A stretch of 64,000 bases of DNA from assembly GCA_001662655.1 (NCBI GenBank), contig KV460222.1; one strand, given 5' to 3'. This DNA comes from Pseudogymnoascus verrucosus. Lineage: Eukaryota. The notes beneath the pieces are model-generated. The model was not told the DNA's origin, did not search any database, and saw nothing but the letters and a program-made list of their open reading frames with translations. A program made the position numbers and the translations under genes. Shown in pieces: positions 1 to 11,588 of the stretch (within the stretch, counting starts at the first letter, position 1; every line of letters starts with the position of its first letter).

Positions 1-1246
1 GGAGAACTCCTTCATACTACTATTTCATACACTACTTCATACTACTACTACAAACTAGATAGAGTACTCACCATTCAAGGCAACCCCCTCCCTCCTCCCT
101 CCTCCCCTCCCCTCCCTTCTACCCCCTCACCCTCCCTCCCTTCCCCCCCACACCCCTGACCTCCTGAACTAAACTTATCTAAAATCTTGTACTAGTACAT
201 CAGTTACACTACTAAACCCTACACACATCCAAGTACCCCTACTTAAATCTAGCAATATACATCTCAGCTTCCCCCTCTAGAAAAATGTCTCCTCCAGGTC
301 TTGTCTAGGTCTTGTCCATGTACTTTATCTGTGCGCATGCACCTGAAATATACTTCTCCACCCCCAGGACTGCCTTGTACCGTGTTACATCTTTCGTCGA
401 GGCTGTTCCGTATTACTTCACTGCTAAACACTGCCAAACACACTACTAAACACTCCTACCACACAAGTAGAAGATACTTCCTAGAACCTCAAACAATAGT
501 GTACACCCACTCCCCTCCCCCCATACAACACCAACACCAACATTCCATTTCACATCCCCAAATTCACAATTCCCACCAACTAACTCGAGTATACCGTCCT
601 GTAACTGTACTCCTACTCCTACTCCTACTCCTCTTACACTCTTACTCTTACTCTTACTCCCATTTCTACTTCCACCACTATACTCCCTCCTCCTCCTCCT
701 CCTTCTTCTCCTCCCTCCTCTTCCTCCTCCTCCTCGTCTCTCTAAAACTTCTTCCCCTCACTTTCATCTCCACCGACTCTTGACATCTTGCCTCTTCTGT
801 ATCTATTAGAGTGGCAGATTTAATACCTCCCCTGCGTTTCGACCACCCCCACTCTTCATCCCTACTTGAATCGGGAGTCTAAGTAAGACCTACCAGTTCG
901 CCATTCTTAAACCTAAACCTCAACCTTTCCACACCCCACCGAGACTTGAAGAAGAAGCAGGAAAACTGACTTGTGATCTCCGTCTCCAGCGCGCCTTCCT
1001 TCACACTTCTTGAACACCAGAGTCCAGCGTCTTGCCAATCCTCGTTTGGTGACACAGCTGCGCGCTGCCTTCAAGTTTGTTATATCCTCCCCCAAACTCG
1101 AGTATTGAGAGCCACGACTTCCGCGGCCCAATATCTCCTCACCGACACCGGTTCTTCAGTCGCACCACCAGGCTGCTTCTAAGCCGGAAGTGCTTCAGGA
1201 CGACTAGAACCACTTCGCCCTTGCTGCTCAGAACCCTACACACATC

Positions 1247-2645
1247 ATGAGTACTGCCATCGCAATGGCTCCGTCGCCCGCTCCCCACGACCGAAACGCA
1301 TACGTGGATATCGCGCCGTCAAACTCTTCGCCGCGCGAGACACGCATCTCTGCACCTATCGCATCGAATCACCATGCGCCGAGATCAGAGAGCACGAGTC
1401 CCAGAGGCTCATCAGGCTCAAAAGGCTCGCCAACGAGGTAAGTCAAGAATACAAGCTACAACCGCAGTCTCTCCCTCAAAATCCAAGCATGCTAACATCC
1501 CCCCTCTCAGTCTCCGAAATGCCCCTCCCCCCAAGATCATCGTCAAGAAAGAGCCCTCGTCGCCTGGCCTCCCCACCTCGCGCCACCGACCGCGCAAGCT
1601 CGACCTCTCCAAGAACAACTCCAGCGCCGCAAACTCGAACCAAAAAGGCACCGCCCCCCTCACCTCGCGAGAAACCGGCGGCCTCGCCATCCAAGACGTC
1701 GGCCTTGCCTGCCTCTCCCCCGGCTTCGTGACGCAAGATCCCACAATGCGCGAGCAGCTCCAGCGCAGCATCTCCGTGCGCGAACAGCAGCGCCACATCA
1801 TCGAGTCGCGGCTCCAACAGACCGCGCGACCGGGCGACGCGCCCCTCGATAGCGCGAAGGAGATGCCCGGACCCAGCGCATTCGGGGCTATGAAGACACC
1901 CGGCACATCGCGACGCAAGGCGCCTCCCGGACTTAGCATCGTGGCGCCCTCGCACGAGCAGTTCGCCAACGAGCGCGTCATCCAGTCCGCGCCGCTGAAT
2001 CAGACGTTTACAGGGCGTCACCAACCGCATCCGCTGACGCGACACGTTCAGAATCAGCCGTCGAACCTCTCGAATACGTCGCATATCCACCACGTCCCCG
2101 CGAATCAGACCGCGAATCGCCTCCCTCCCATCTCAGACGTCTTTGCAGCCGAAAACCTGGGACAGCACCGCGACGCTGTGAACGGGCCGAAAACGAGCAT
2201 ATACCCACCTTCCTCCAACGCCGCCGCGTCGCATCACAACCGCCACACTGGCTTCCCCTCCCCCACACAGGCCCCGCAACAACCACCGCACTCCGCGCGC
2301 CCGCGTGAATACCGCTCCGCTGAGGAAGCGCAAGCCGAGCTCGCAGGCGGACGTCCAGAACTCATTCCTAAAATCGTGCATTATGGCGGCCACCAGCCTC
2401 CTACGCCGCCGAGTCCGCAGACGGGGAATGCGATGCGTAATGGTGCGGGGAGGAGGCGCGGGAGGGAGGAGTATGAGGAGGGACGGAGTCCGCCGCTTGG
2501 ACAGGGGCCGGCGGCTGCGAGGAGGGTTGTGGGCGGTGCCGCGGGTGCGTTTGGGGAGGGGAGGGATAGTGAGGAGGCTGTTAGGATGAAGAAGGAGGAG
2601 TTTTTGAGGTTGTGTGATCGGGCTTGGGATTTGTTCCATTCGTAA
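1247..2645 (+). CDS. Low-complexity Ser/Pro-rich protein of unknown function, with candidate MAPK-docking motifs (2 exons)
   Basis: ATG 1247; intron 1438-1510 (GTAAGT...GCTAAC...CAG) joins ORF 1247 to ORF 1374..2645 in frame (..SPTS-LRNAPP..); C-terminus KKEEFLRLCDRAWDLFHS. Confidence 0.8.
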
Positions 2646-4760
2646 GGGTGAGAAGGGGTGGTGGGATGGAGAGGGGTATGACGTACACGACGGGCTTGAT
2701 GAGGCCGATTCACGAACTGGGATTGGGGATACTACTACTACTACTACTACTATTTGCTGTTGCTGGTGGGATGGGGGAATTAGGGGGATGGATGGGGGGG
2801 GTTATAATTTTGTTCGCACACCGGACAGGACCGGATCGGGGCTTCCTGGATTGAAATGGATTCGGATACCACCTTTTGCTTTTGCTTTTCTACACATTCT
2901 CCGCTACACTTGTTTGTTGTGCTTTCGCTGCTTTTGTTGTTGTTGCTGTTGCAGGTTGTCTGCTGTTTCGCTTCTTAATTTTCTTCTTCGTTTCGTCAGC
3001 CCTACTGCATGAGCGAGAGCGGATGCGCGAGCGCGGATAGCGATCGATGGTGGTGGTTGTGCGCCAACGGAGCTAGAGGTGATAGGGAAAGAAAGGAGAG
3101 AGAGATAGGTGTGTTGTGCTATATTACTAGGGATCGTCATTTTTTATATCCACGCTACGGCTGGATGGAGTGAGGAGTTAATCAGTCGATGGAAGGGCAT
3201 TTTATTCTGGGCGCTGGACTGCCTTGGGTGTGGGTGTGTGGTGGTGGTGTGGACAGGGGAAGGGGGTGGGGCCGGGGAGGGGGGGGGTATGAGAAATTTA
3301 AATGTTTAAAGCTCTATCTACATGTTGTGCTGTGAAATTGTGAATGGTGTCTGTCTGCTGTGCATATAGTGGGTGAAGATGGAGGGGTCTTCCATACGGT
3401 GCCTAGAAAGCCTATGTATGTCCGCCTTTGACTCCAATATGAGAATGGGCCCCCCTCGCCCTTGCCCGGGTAGATGCACAGACAGGTGTGTACAGCTACG
3501 TTTTTTTCTCACATCCCACACATTCTCCCACACATTCTCTCCCGCATTCACAAGTTTATCACACATCACATTCGAAAGCAGACAAGTCAGTCAAAAAAAA
3601 AGTCTTTCAAAAATCCATATATTGGATATCGTCTTCCATTCTCTATCTATCCAACTCCATCCCTCCCTCCTTTCAAACCCCCTCCAAACCCGTCGACTGA
3701 GCAGCACGCAGAGTAACAAAAGAGACTCCACGAGCAATTAAGGCCTATATATATAAAATAAAAAAAATAGAAGAAAAGCCGCCAGACCGATCGGGTTTCC
3801 CTCCCATACTCCTCCTCCTCCTATCCGTCTTATTTTGTTTCCTTCCCTCTCCTTCCCATCCATCTCTCCTCGCGCGCAACAGAAAAAACAGGAAAACAAA
3901 GTAAAGCAAGGCACAGGTGTCATGACGTCGTTAATGCAATTCGGAACGCTCAGCCGGCCGACCAAAAAAAGACGAGTAAAAAACAAAAAGCAGACCCAAC
4001 AGACCCCAGCAAAACCCCCATACAAAACCGAAGGTGGCCGGCCCATTTCGTTAGGCCACCCGTACATATACGATGCTGTTGCTCTCTCTAAACATGCGCG
4101 TGCGCCGCTGCCTCGCTGCCGCCGTTCGCTGTGTTTCTCTTTCGCTAACGCCTGGACAAAAAAACTCCTCTTTGAATAAAAACAATTGACGCCGGTGCAT
4201 GATGGCGGGGTTATGGTATGCATCGCCAACTCCCTTTCCGAAAACGATTGATAAAAAAAGAAAATAAAGTTTGTGGAACTCGGGCAAGCGTTTTAAATAA
4301 GAACGGCCCGTCCGCTCCCGCGACTGCTTGCGACTTGGTATCGTGCGGTACTGTGTGTGTTGATTGGGGAATATAAAAGCGGTTAAGAATGTCTCTCTCT
4401 CTCTATAATAATAGAAAAGTAGAAGTAGAAGAAAAAGTAGTTTCGAAAGTCGGAAATTCGCACGTGTGCCGATCGAGGATGCTGATTGAAGCGCTGCAAT
4501 CCATTATCGTTCCTCATTGCGTGGTCGTGCGTTCGTGCGTCGTCTTTTCTGCAGGGAAAAAAAAGGGTTCGCGCAGGGTTGCGGGATGCAGCTGTGCCCG
4601 AGCTCGTGCGTTCGGTGGAGAGGATGGGGATTGGGAACGTCGTGATGGTCATGCGCGCACCACCACGAAAACGAAAAGTTCGTTCTTATAAGAAAAGGAA
4701 CACCCATCCTCATCTCGCGCGCACAAGCAAGTCTTTTTCCCAAGAGGGCGACGACGAAGA

Positions 4761-6386
4761 TTAAATTCCCTCCTCGCCCGCCTTACACAGCTTCACCTCG
4801 CGACCCCACTCGGACTTCAACACCTGGCTCGCCGTGATGCGACGGCTCGGATTCGGGTCGAGGATGGAGTAGATGACATTTCGGCAGCGGGCCTGTCGAT
4901 CAGTTAGTTTCTTTCTTCGCGACACGACAGAGGTAGCAGAAGTGCTAGGTGAAGGGCGCGGGCTACTCACGCGAGCCAAACTCTCAATCGGACCGTAGCC
5001 CTCCTCGTCGCGGCGTCCCTCGAGGTAGCGCTCGTAGAACTCGTCCTCGTCCTTGCGCGCGACGCGCCACAGGTGCCGGCCCGTTCGCATGGCCATGTAT
5101 ATCACGCCAGTCGCCCAGACGTCGACGGCGCGGGCGTCGAATTCCTTGTCGATGTACTCCTCGGGCGCGATGTAGGGCGCGCTGCCGCACAGGCCGGAGA
5201 CCATGTGCGCGTCTGTCTCCCAGGCCATGCGGAAGCACTCGCCGTTGCCGAAGTCGGTGATCTTGAGCGCGCCGTGGGTGGTGAGGAGGAGGTTCTCGGG
5301 CTTAAGGTCGCGGTGGGCTACGCCCATCTCGTGCATGTACTCGACGCCGCGCATGAGCTGCTTGAAGTAGCAGTCTGCCTCGGCGACCTCGAGCTTGCCG
5401 GCCGCCAGGACGAGAGTGTACAGGTCGCCGCCGGCGCAGAACTCCATCACCTCGCAGTAGTCGCCCTTGGAGTCCTGGAGGAGGTCGAGGGTGTGGATGA
5501 CGTTGGGGTGGCGGAGGGAGGAGGAGATGCAGAACTCGGAGGTGAGGCGTTTGCTGTACCGCTTCTCGCTCTCGTCGGGGCGGCGGCGGAACTCCTTGAC
5601 GGCGAAGAGCTGCTCGTTGTCGCCCTCCTTGCGCTTGTGCGAGATGCGCACGATGCCGAAGGCGCCGCGGCCTACGATCTCCTGGCACTTGCCGTACTTC
5701 TCGACCAGCGTCGCTGTCGTGTTCGGGCCGCCCTTCTTGTCGGTCGACGCCAGGGCCTCGCGCTCGCGCTTCAGCTGGTCCACCCAGCTCGACATGAGCG
5801 ATAATTGCTGCTCGCCCTCGTGTGCCTCCATCGGCTTCTTCTTGCCGATCAGCATGTCGCGCAGCATGTCGGACAGCTTCTCTTGGCGCTTGGCGCTCTT
5901 GAGGTGATGTTCATGGCCACCGGGTACGTCGGGGACGAGGATGTATCGCTGAGCCGGCCACTGTGGCTCTTTGGGTTTCTCTTTGGGTTTCGGCATCGTT
6001 GGGATCTTTTCCGACGAAGATTGTTGACGTGAAGGCGGGGCGGGGCGAGAGGTAGGCGCCGTCGATGGCTCTCCAGGCACGGGCGTTGTGGCCTTGGGGG
6101 GTGATTTTGTACCGCCACTTTCAGAGCCGGAGCCGGTTTTATTGGTGTCGCGCGCGGAGAACATGCGAGTGAGTCGCTTGGTCATGGATTGCTTCTCGTT
6201 CGCCGGCCTGTGACTGTGGTCGGAGTGTGGCGCAGCCCCATTGGTTGTATCGTGCGTACCTTGTCCACTGGTTGGTCGCGACCTTGGCGATGCTGCGCCT
6301 GCACCGCCATCAAAGGAGGATTTCCTTGAGATTGTGGGTGACGAGGTCGCTTTGTCAGCATCGCGATGCGGGAGGATAGCGGTCAT
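4761..6386 (-). CDS. SAT4: HAL-family Ser/Thr protein kinase (Sat4/Hal4-like)
   Basis: Kinase motifs GRGAFG, AVKEF, HRDLKPEN, DFG, GSAPYIAPEE; RLTSEFCISSSLRHPNVI is typical of the Hal4/Sat4 group; intron 4893-4970. Confidence 0.88.
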   Translation of the reverse strand: MTAILPHRDADKATSSPTISRKSSFDGGAGAASPRSRPTSGQGTHDTTNGAAPHSDHSHRPANEKQSMTKRLTRMFSARDTNKTGSGSESGGTKSPPKATTPVPGEPSTAPTSRPAPPSRQQSSSEKIPTMPKPKEKPKEPQWPAQRYILVPDVPGGHEHHLKSAKRQEKLSDMLRDMLIGKKKPMEAHEGEQQLSLMSSWVDQLKREREALASTDKKGGPNTTATLVEKYGKCQEIVGRGAFGIVRISHKRKEGDNEQLFAVKEFRRRPDESEKRYSKRLTSEFCISSSLRHPNVIHTLDLLQDSKGDYCEVMEFCAGGDLYTLVLAAGKLEVAEADCYFKQLMRGVEYMHEMGVAHRDLKPENLLLTTHGALKITDFGNGECFRMAWETDAHMVSGLCGSAPYIAPEEYIDKEFDARAVDVWATGVIYMAMRTGRHLWRVARKDEDEFYERYLEGRRDEEGYGPIESLARVSSPRPSPSTSATSVVSRRKKLTDRQARCRNVIYSILDPNPSRRITASQVLKSEWGREVKLCKAGEEGI

Positions 6387-7747
6387 GGTGGCTGGTGCGC
6401 GGGGGTTTTCTGGGCGCTTTGGCGGTAATATTTGTGAGGGCGTCGGCTATACCGTACTGTACTGTACTGTACTGGTAGGGTATTTCTTTAGGCGGGTTTT
6501 TCTTTGTGGAACGATAATTAATATGTGTCGCAGTAAACCGTCAGAATGTCGATAGATTGCATGTGCTACCTGATCGTGCGAATAGCAGTCGAAGGTTCGT
6601 TCGTCCAAGGGTCCAAGGTAGCAGCTGTGTAAGCAACTGAGAAAAATATAAAGTATAAGATATGAAAAAAAAAAGGGTTATTAAGAGGGCCGCCTCAGCG
6701 GTCGCGGGCCTTCACGGCCCTGGTAGGAGAAAGCTTTCAGCAAATAAAGCTGTGATGTCGATTTTTTTTTTGGAGATTGAATGACGACAATGATGATGAA
6801 GCGGGCGCGGGGTCTGCTTTGTAGTGAAGTCTTGGCCAAAACTTTTTTTTGTTTGCCCCGAGGTGGTGGTTTTCTGGCGGTGGATTCCGGGAGGTGGGTT
6901 GAGTGAGGGGGGTCCCAGGGCGATTAGAGTGGTGTCTTGGGAGTGACGATGGGACAAATGTCGTAGGGGTCCGAAGGGGTCGTCGAAGGCCGAACACTGA
7001 GCACTCTGGAGCTGCAATTCCTCGGTGGCGAGGCGATTGAGTCGAGAAAACCAGGTGTGAAGGTTATGGAAGAGTGGGAGAGAGGTGTTTGGTATAATAT
7101 ACGAAGTTGAAGAAGGGAAATTGAGCAGAAGGTAGAGAAGGTGGCGATGTGGACTGTGGTATGGGTGTGTTTGAATTGCTCAGGATTTGGCGGTTTGTTT
7201 GTAATTTTTGGTTGGGGGTGGTGGTTGGTGGTGGGTGGTGGTAAGTGGGTGTGGATTGGTGGGTGGTTGGTAGTTGGTAGTGGTGGTTTGGTAAGTAAAG
7301 TCGGTGGATGGTGCAGGGTAGATGGTAGTGGATGGTAGTGGATGGTAGTAGTTGAGTGGGGGTGAAGTTGAAGAAGAGAAGGGAGAGGCGAGGGGCGGGG
7401 GGTTGAGGTGAGGTATAGACACCAAAACGCCGCCGCCAGGAGATTTGAAGATACGTAGAATCGACGTAGAGAGCGGTGGAGCGAGGTAGAGAGAAGTCGA
7501 CGTAGTGAGAAACAGTGGGTAATTCGGTAGGTGGTAGATTGGTGATCCGTAGGCGGTAATGGTAATTGTTGACGGATAACGGGGGTGTAGAGAGTAGGCG
7601 AAAGGTGAGAAAGAGAAGAAGGTACGCGTAGAGTACTTTCTAGTCGGTGGTGGTATATTATAAAAAGAGGGCGGTTTAAGGGGCGGAGTTTGAGGTTCGA
7701 GTAAGGGCGAGTTAAGGGCGAGTAAGGGCCAGGGCAAGGCAAGATAA

Positions 7748-7815
7748 AGACCAAAGATCCAGAGACCCAGAGATCCAGAGATTTAGAGACCCAGAGACCA
7801 GAGATCCAGAGACCC
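7748..7815. repeat. Degenerate 8-bp tandem repeat (AGA[C/T]CCAG)n
   Basis: Roughly eight copies of agacccag/agatccag read directly from the sequence. Confidence 0.8.
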
Positions 7816-7865
7816 GTAGTTTGTAGTTTTAAGAGATACACTATAAGAAACTGCGTGTATGGGTG

Positions 7866-7897
7866 TATGCGTATATGCGTATATGCGTATATGCGTA
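7866..7897. repeat. (ATGCGTAT)n 8-bp tandem repeat
   Basis: tatgcgtatatgcgtatatgcgtatatgcgta. Confidence 0.8.
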
Positions 7898-10800
7898 GTA
7901 CTCAAGTATGAGGTACTCGGCCTAACGTGAACAAAGCCCGTGATGAGAAGGTATCGAGTCGAAAGGTCCAGGGGGGGCCAAGGGGGGGTTGCTTTAGATT
8001 TCCAAGGTCGATCGATTTGAACGAACCAGGTGTAAGGTAAATAGGTGCAAGTTAAAAAAGAGCAAGTAAGTAGGTAAGTACCCTTTAGCTGTCCGGGACG
8101 CGCAAATGGTACTTTCGTCCGATATGAGGGATTTAATTTTTCTGACAGCCGGCGGTGGTGGAAAGTTGTTGGTGGGCCGGATGGATGTATAAGTTGTAAT
8201 GGCTTATGGCTATACTGGCTACTGGCAAATTCGGAGTAGCAAGAGACCACCGACGCTATAATGAGAGAGCCGGATCGGGGAGCGGGAGGAGAGGGATGTA
8301 TCGATGTTCCGTCATTTCAGTGCGAAAGAGGGGGAAAACGAGAGGAGGGTAAAGAGATTCGGTGATGTTCTGGTTGGTTGTGATAGTGATGGTTGTGGAA
8401 ATATAAGAAGTAGATTGCAAAAAATGCTTGGAAGTAAGAGTGAGAAAAAAAGGGGGCGTGTCGTCCTAATTTATATCCTTTTTTATTTCACAGTTTCTCG
8501 GTGGGAGTGGGCAAAGAGATAGATACCAAGGTTACTTTTCCGCTTCTATTTTTTTTTCTCACTTTTGTGTTGGCTGGTGTGTGGTGTTCGTTGTTGTACA
8601 GTCTTGGTACGTAGACTGTGGTCCAGTCCAGCCCAGCATATATGTCCCCGGTCCAGCATGTACAGTTACAGTAGTTACAGATGAAAATACAGATACACCA
8701 ACAGAAGCAGCAGAGTACTCGCAGCAGCAGCAGCAGTAGTCAGAGTCGTAGTGTTGGTTTAGTTTCTTATGCAACAGAAAACTGTATGTAACCAGACAGA
8801 CCAGAATCACCAACAAGTCAAAAAAAAAAAAGGGGTCTCAGCTTTCGACTTTTTTGCCGGTGTACCTTTAATACCGCAGCGCATGTATGCAAGGTAAAGA
8901 AAGGTGCAGATGCCGATGTTACGGTCTTTGAATCATCGCCGCCAAGCCCCAAGTCTTTGACTCTCCTGCCTCACTCTCCTCTCAGCAAACACTCGTAACT
9001 GTACAACACTCTGTATGACGAACACACTCCTCGCCGACCACTCGCCGAGCTGAGTACAGTCAGTCAGTCAGTAGAATGTGGGCCACCAGATGCCACAAGG
9101 AGCACTCATCTCCCCTCCGCCGAGCCCAGCCAGAAAATAAAAAATTAGAAACAAAAAAATCCCAATCTCAGCGGTGGTGGTGGCCAAAATCCCCATCTAT
9201 TATCAATATCTCTAATTATCCTCACGCCCATAGGCCCAGTTTCTAAGAAAACGACAATATTGGCCCTATTCCCACCACCCATCAAAGAGGATTTCTAATC
9301 CCTCCCCCCCACACAGCACTGAGGGCGAGCCACCCAAACCCCCCAACAAGGCACCTCCCAAGCCTACCAAGCCCTCCAAGCCCCCAGCGCAGAGCAAAAA
9401 ACCACCCAGGGACACCTGGTCCAAGAGCCCTAAGCCCGCTAACACTCTGTTCTATGTCATCATCCCGCCTTAGCTTCGCCGAGGGGTCTTCCTAAAGGAG
9501 ATACAGGGAAAGAAAGAGAGTACTACTACAAGGAAGGAGAAACATAACCGCACTCTAGGGAAGGGATAGATTGCAGCTCCCCCTTAGCCGGAGCTTTAGT
9601 TCGAGTTGCAAATGTCACGGTTCTCATACCCGGCTATCCCACCACAGCACCGCTGTACCGTGCTCTACAGTACAGTACAGGACAGTACAGCTACAAGCGG
9701 CGCATTCCATTTCTCCACCACCACCACACCAGCGAGCGGTGCATTTCACCGCTTGTGGAGTCCCTGGTACCGTCCACCTTTCTAGACCGTACATCATCCA
9801 AGAGCTACTCCAGCACTACTGCCCCAGTATTGATAAAATAGACCCACGTAGAAAATAAACGGGACTGCCGAGCACCACACACCGCGGTATTATTTCTTTG
9901 TTTACTCACGAGATAGGTCTTTGTGGCCCCCAGGACGCGTAAACACACAAGACAAGACTCATTCCTCGGTCTTGGCTGGTGGTGGCTGGTGGGCTGGCAA
10001 ATAGATGCCGCTTCCCCATGTGGTAATTACCAGTGCGCGCGGAGCTCGAGGAACGATACTACATCCGTTGCCATTTGTAAGCAGGACAACGAGTCTTCAG
10101 CTCCATGCGTGTGAGGTTTTTGTGCACAGCGAAGACAGAATGATTCGGACCCGCCGAGGGAGGGATGCACTTACGTCATGGTAGCGATATCAGAATCTCC
10201 CGTATCGGCTTGCTGATCTGGTCTGGATGGCTGGCTGGATGGGCCGTCTGTATCACAGTATCACAGAAAAAAACGCGCTCATACTGACTGTAGCGATAGC
10301 GGTATTGGATTTCCTAAGGGTGGTGATAGCAAACGACGAAACGAAAGCAACCAAAACCAAACACCCACACCAACATCCCATCCCATCCCATCCTTCTTCC
10401 CACTCCAACACAAACGCCCAAATACCACAGAACGCAACGCACCGACATCCCTCCCACCTGCAACTCCCATCCACCCACCCACCCCCCCCCTACCGCCTCC
10501 AACCCGCACTAAACCATGCATATACCCCCCTCCATCGAAGCTCACGGTATGCACGATGAGCTTCCCCGTCCCCATCAACCAGCGCCCCTCTTCCTATTCC
10601 AGACAGACATCCCCCTACAGCCCTGTAGCTTCCACTTCCACCGCTGCACATGGCCCGGTCGCGCATACAGACCCCTCTGCCACGGGCGCTGTGCCACGTT
10701 ATACAGGATAAGGTGCTTGCTTCACTGCGCAATACGTACAGACAGTGTAGATGAGTAGTACACATCACCACCACCGCACGGTTCGCCATGCCACGACAAG

Positions 10801-11016
10801 ACATAGCATGACATGACATGGCATGACCAACCCTGCCTCCGCTCCGCAGACACATGCAACACCGCACGCACAGCGGCTTGCTACACCGCCTTATCAAAAA
10901 ACGCAGCAGATAGTGACGGGTCGGAGGTGCTGAAAAATCCCTCATAGCGTGCTCAAACGGTGCAGGAGGACAGATAGTAGAGTACAGCACCAGCATCAAC
11001 CAGCACTATACCGTCT

Positions 11017-11018
11017 NN
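11017..11018. other. Assembly ambiguity or gap (NN)
   Basis: Two N bases; a poly-C tract lies nearby at about 11147-11160. Confidence 0.95.
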
Positions 11019-11588
11019 GCAACCAACGCTTCTTCACGCTTCAACTATCTCGTAACCTACTTCCTCCCTCACCATCCATCCATCCATAGATATCAAACCC
11101 AACCACCAACCCCAACTCAATGCACAACAAACAGGGTTCCGAAGTTCCCCCCCCCCCCCCAAACCCCCCATCCACCCCCCCGTCCCCCGCGCCCCGCCCA
11201 CCCCGCCAGCGCGCGGGCGGCCGACCCTCCCTTCCCTCCCGCCGCCACACCGCCGGGGCCAAATAACAAGGAAACAACCCTCCCCGAAACCGCTCCGGTA
11301 TCAACCGACCCGCAGCACACACACCGGCATCGATCCCAAACCGCCGGCATGAAAGCAAGTTCCAGTAAGCTCCAAGGTGTGCCGATCCCCGCTTCCATGC
11401 TTCTGGAGCTATGACAATGCTGCAGCAAGAGCTTCAACGGCAGCAGCAGCAGCAAGGTGTAGAGGTGAGAAGAAAGCTCCCCCTGTCTGCCCGCTCCTAG
11501 CTCAAGCGCCGATCACACATGTCCAACGTCCAACGTCCAACACAGCTCGCGCTCGTGCCACATTACCCGCGCGCTCAGGGACCGCTCG

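Noticed and set aside
301..783. 160-aa ORF with poly-Leu/Ser and YS repeats
   Set aside because: It is a translation of CT-rich simple repeats with a non-ATG start and no domain.
6924..7841. 305-aa minus-strand ORF
   Set aside because: Pro/Thr/His low complexity from a skewed repeat-rich region; no recognisable domain.
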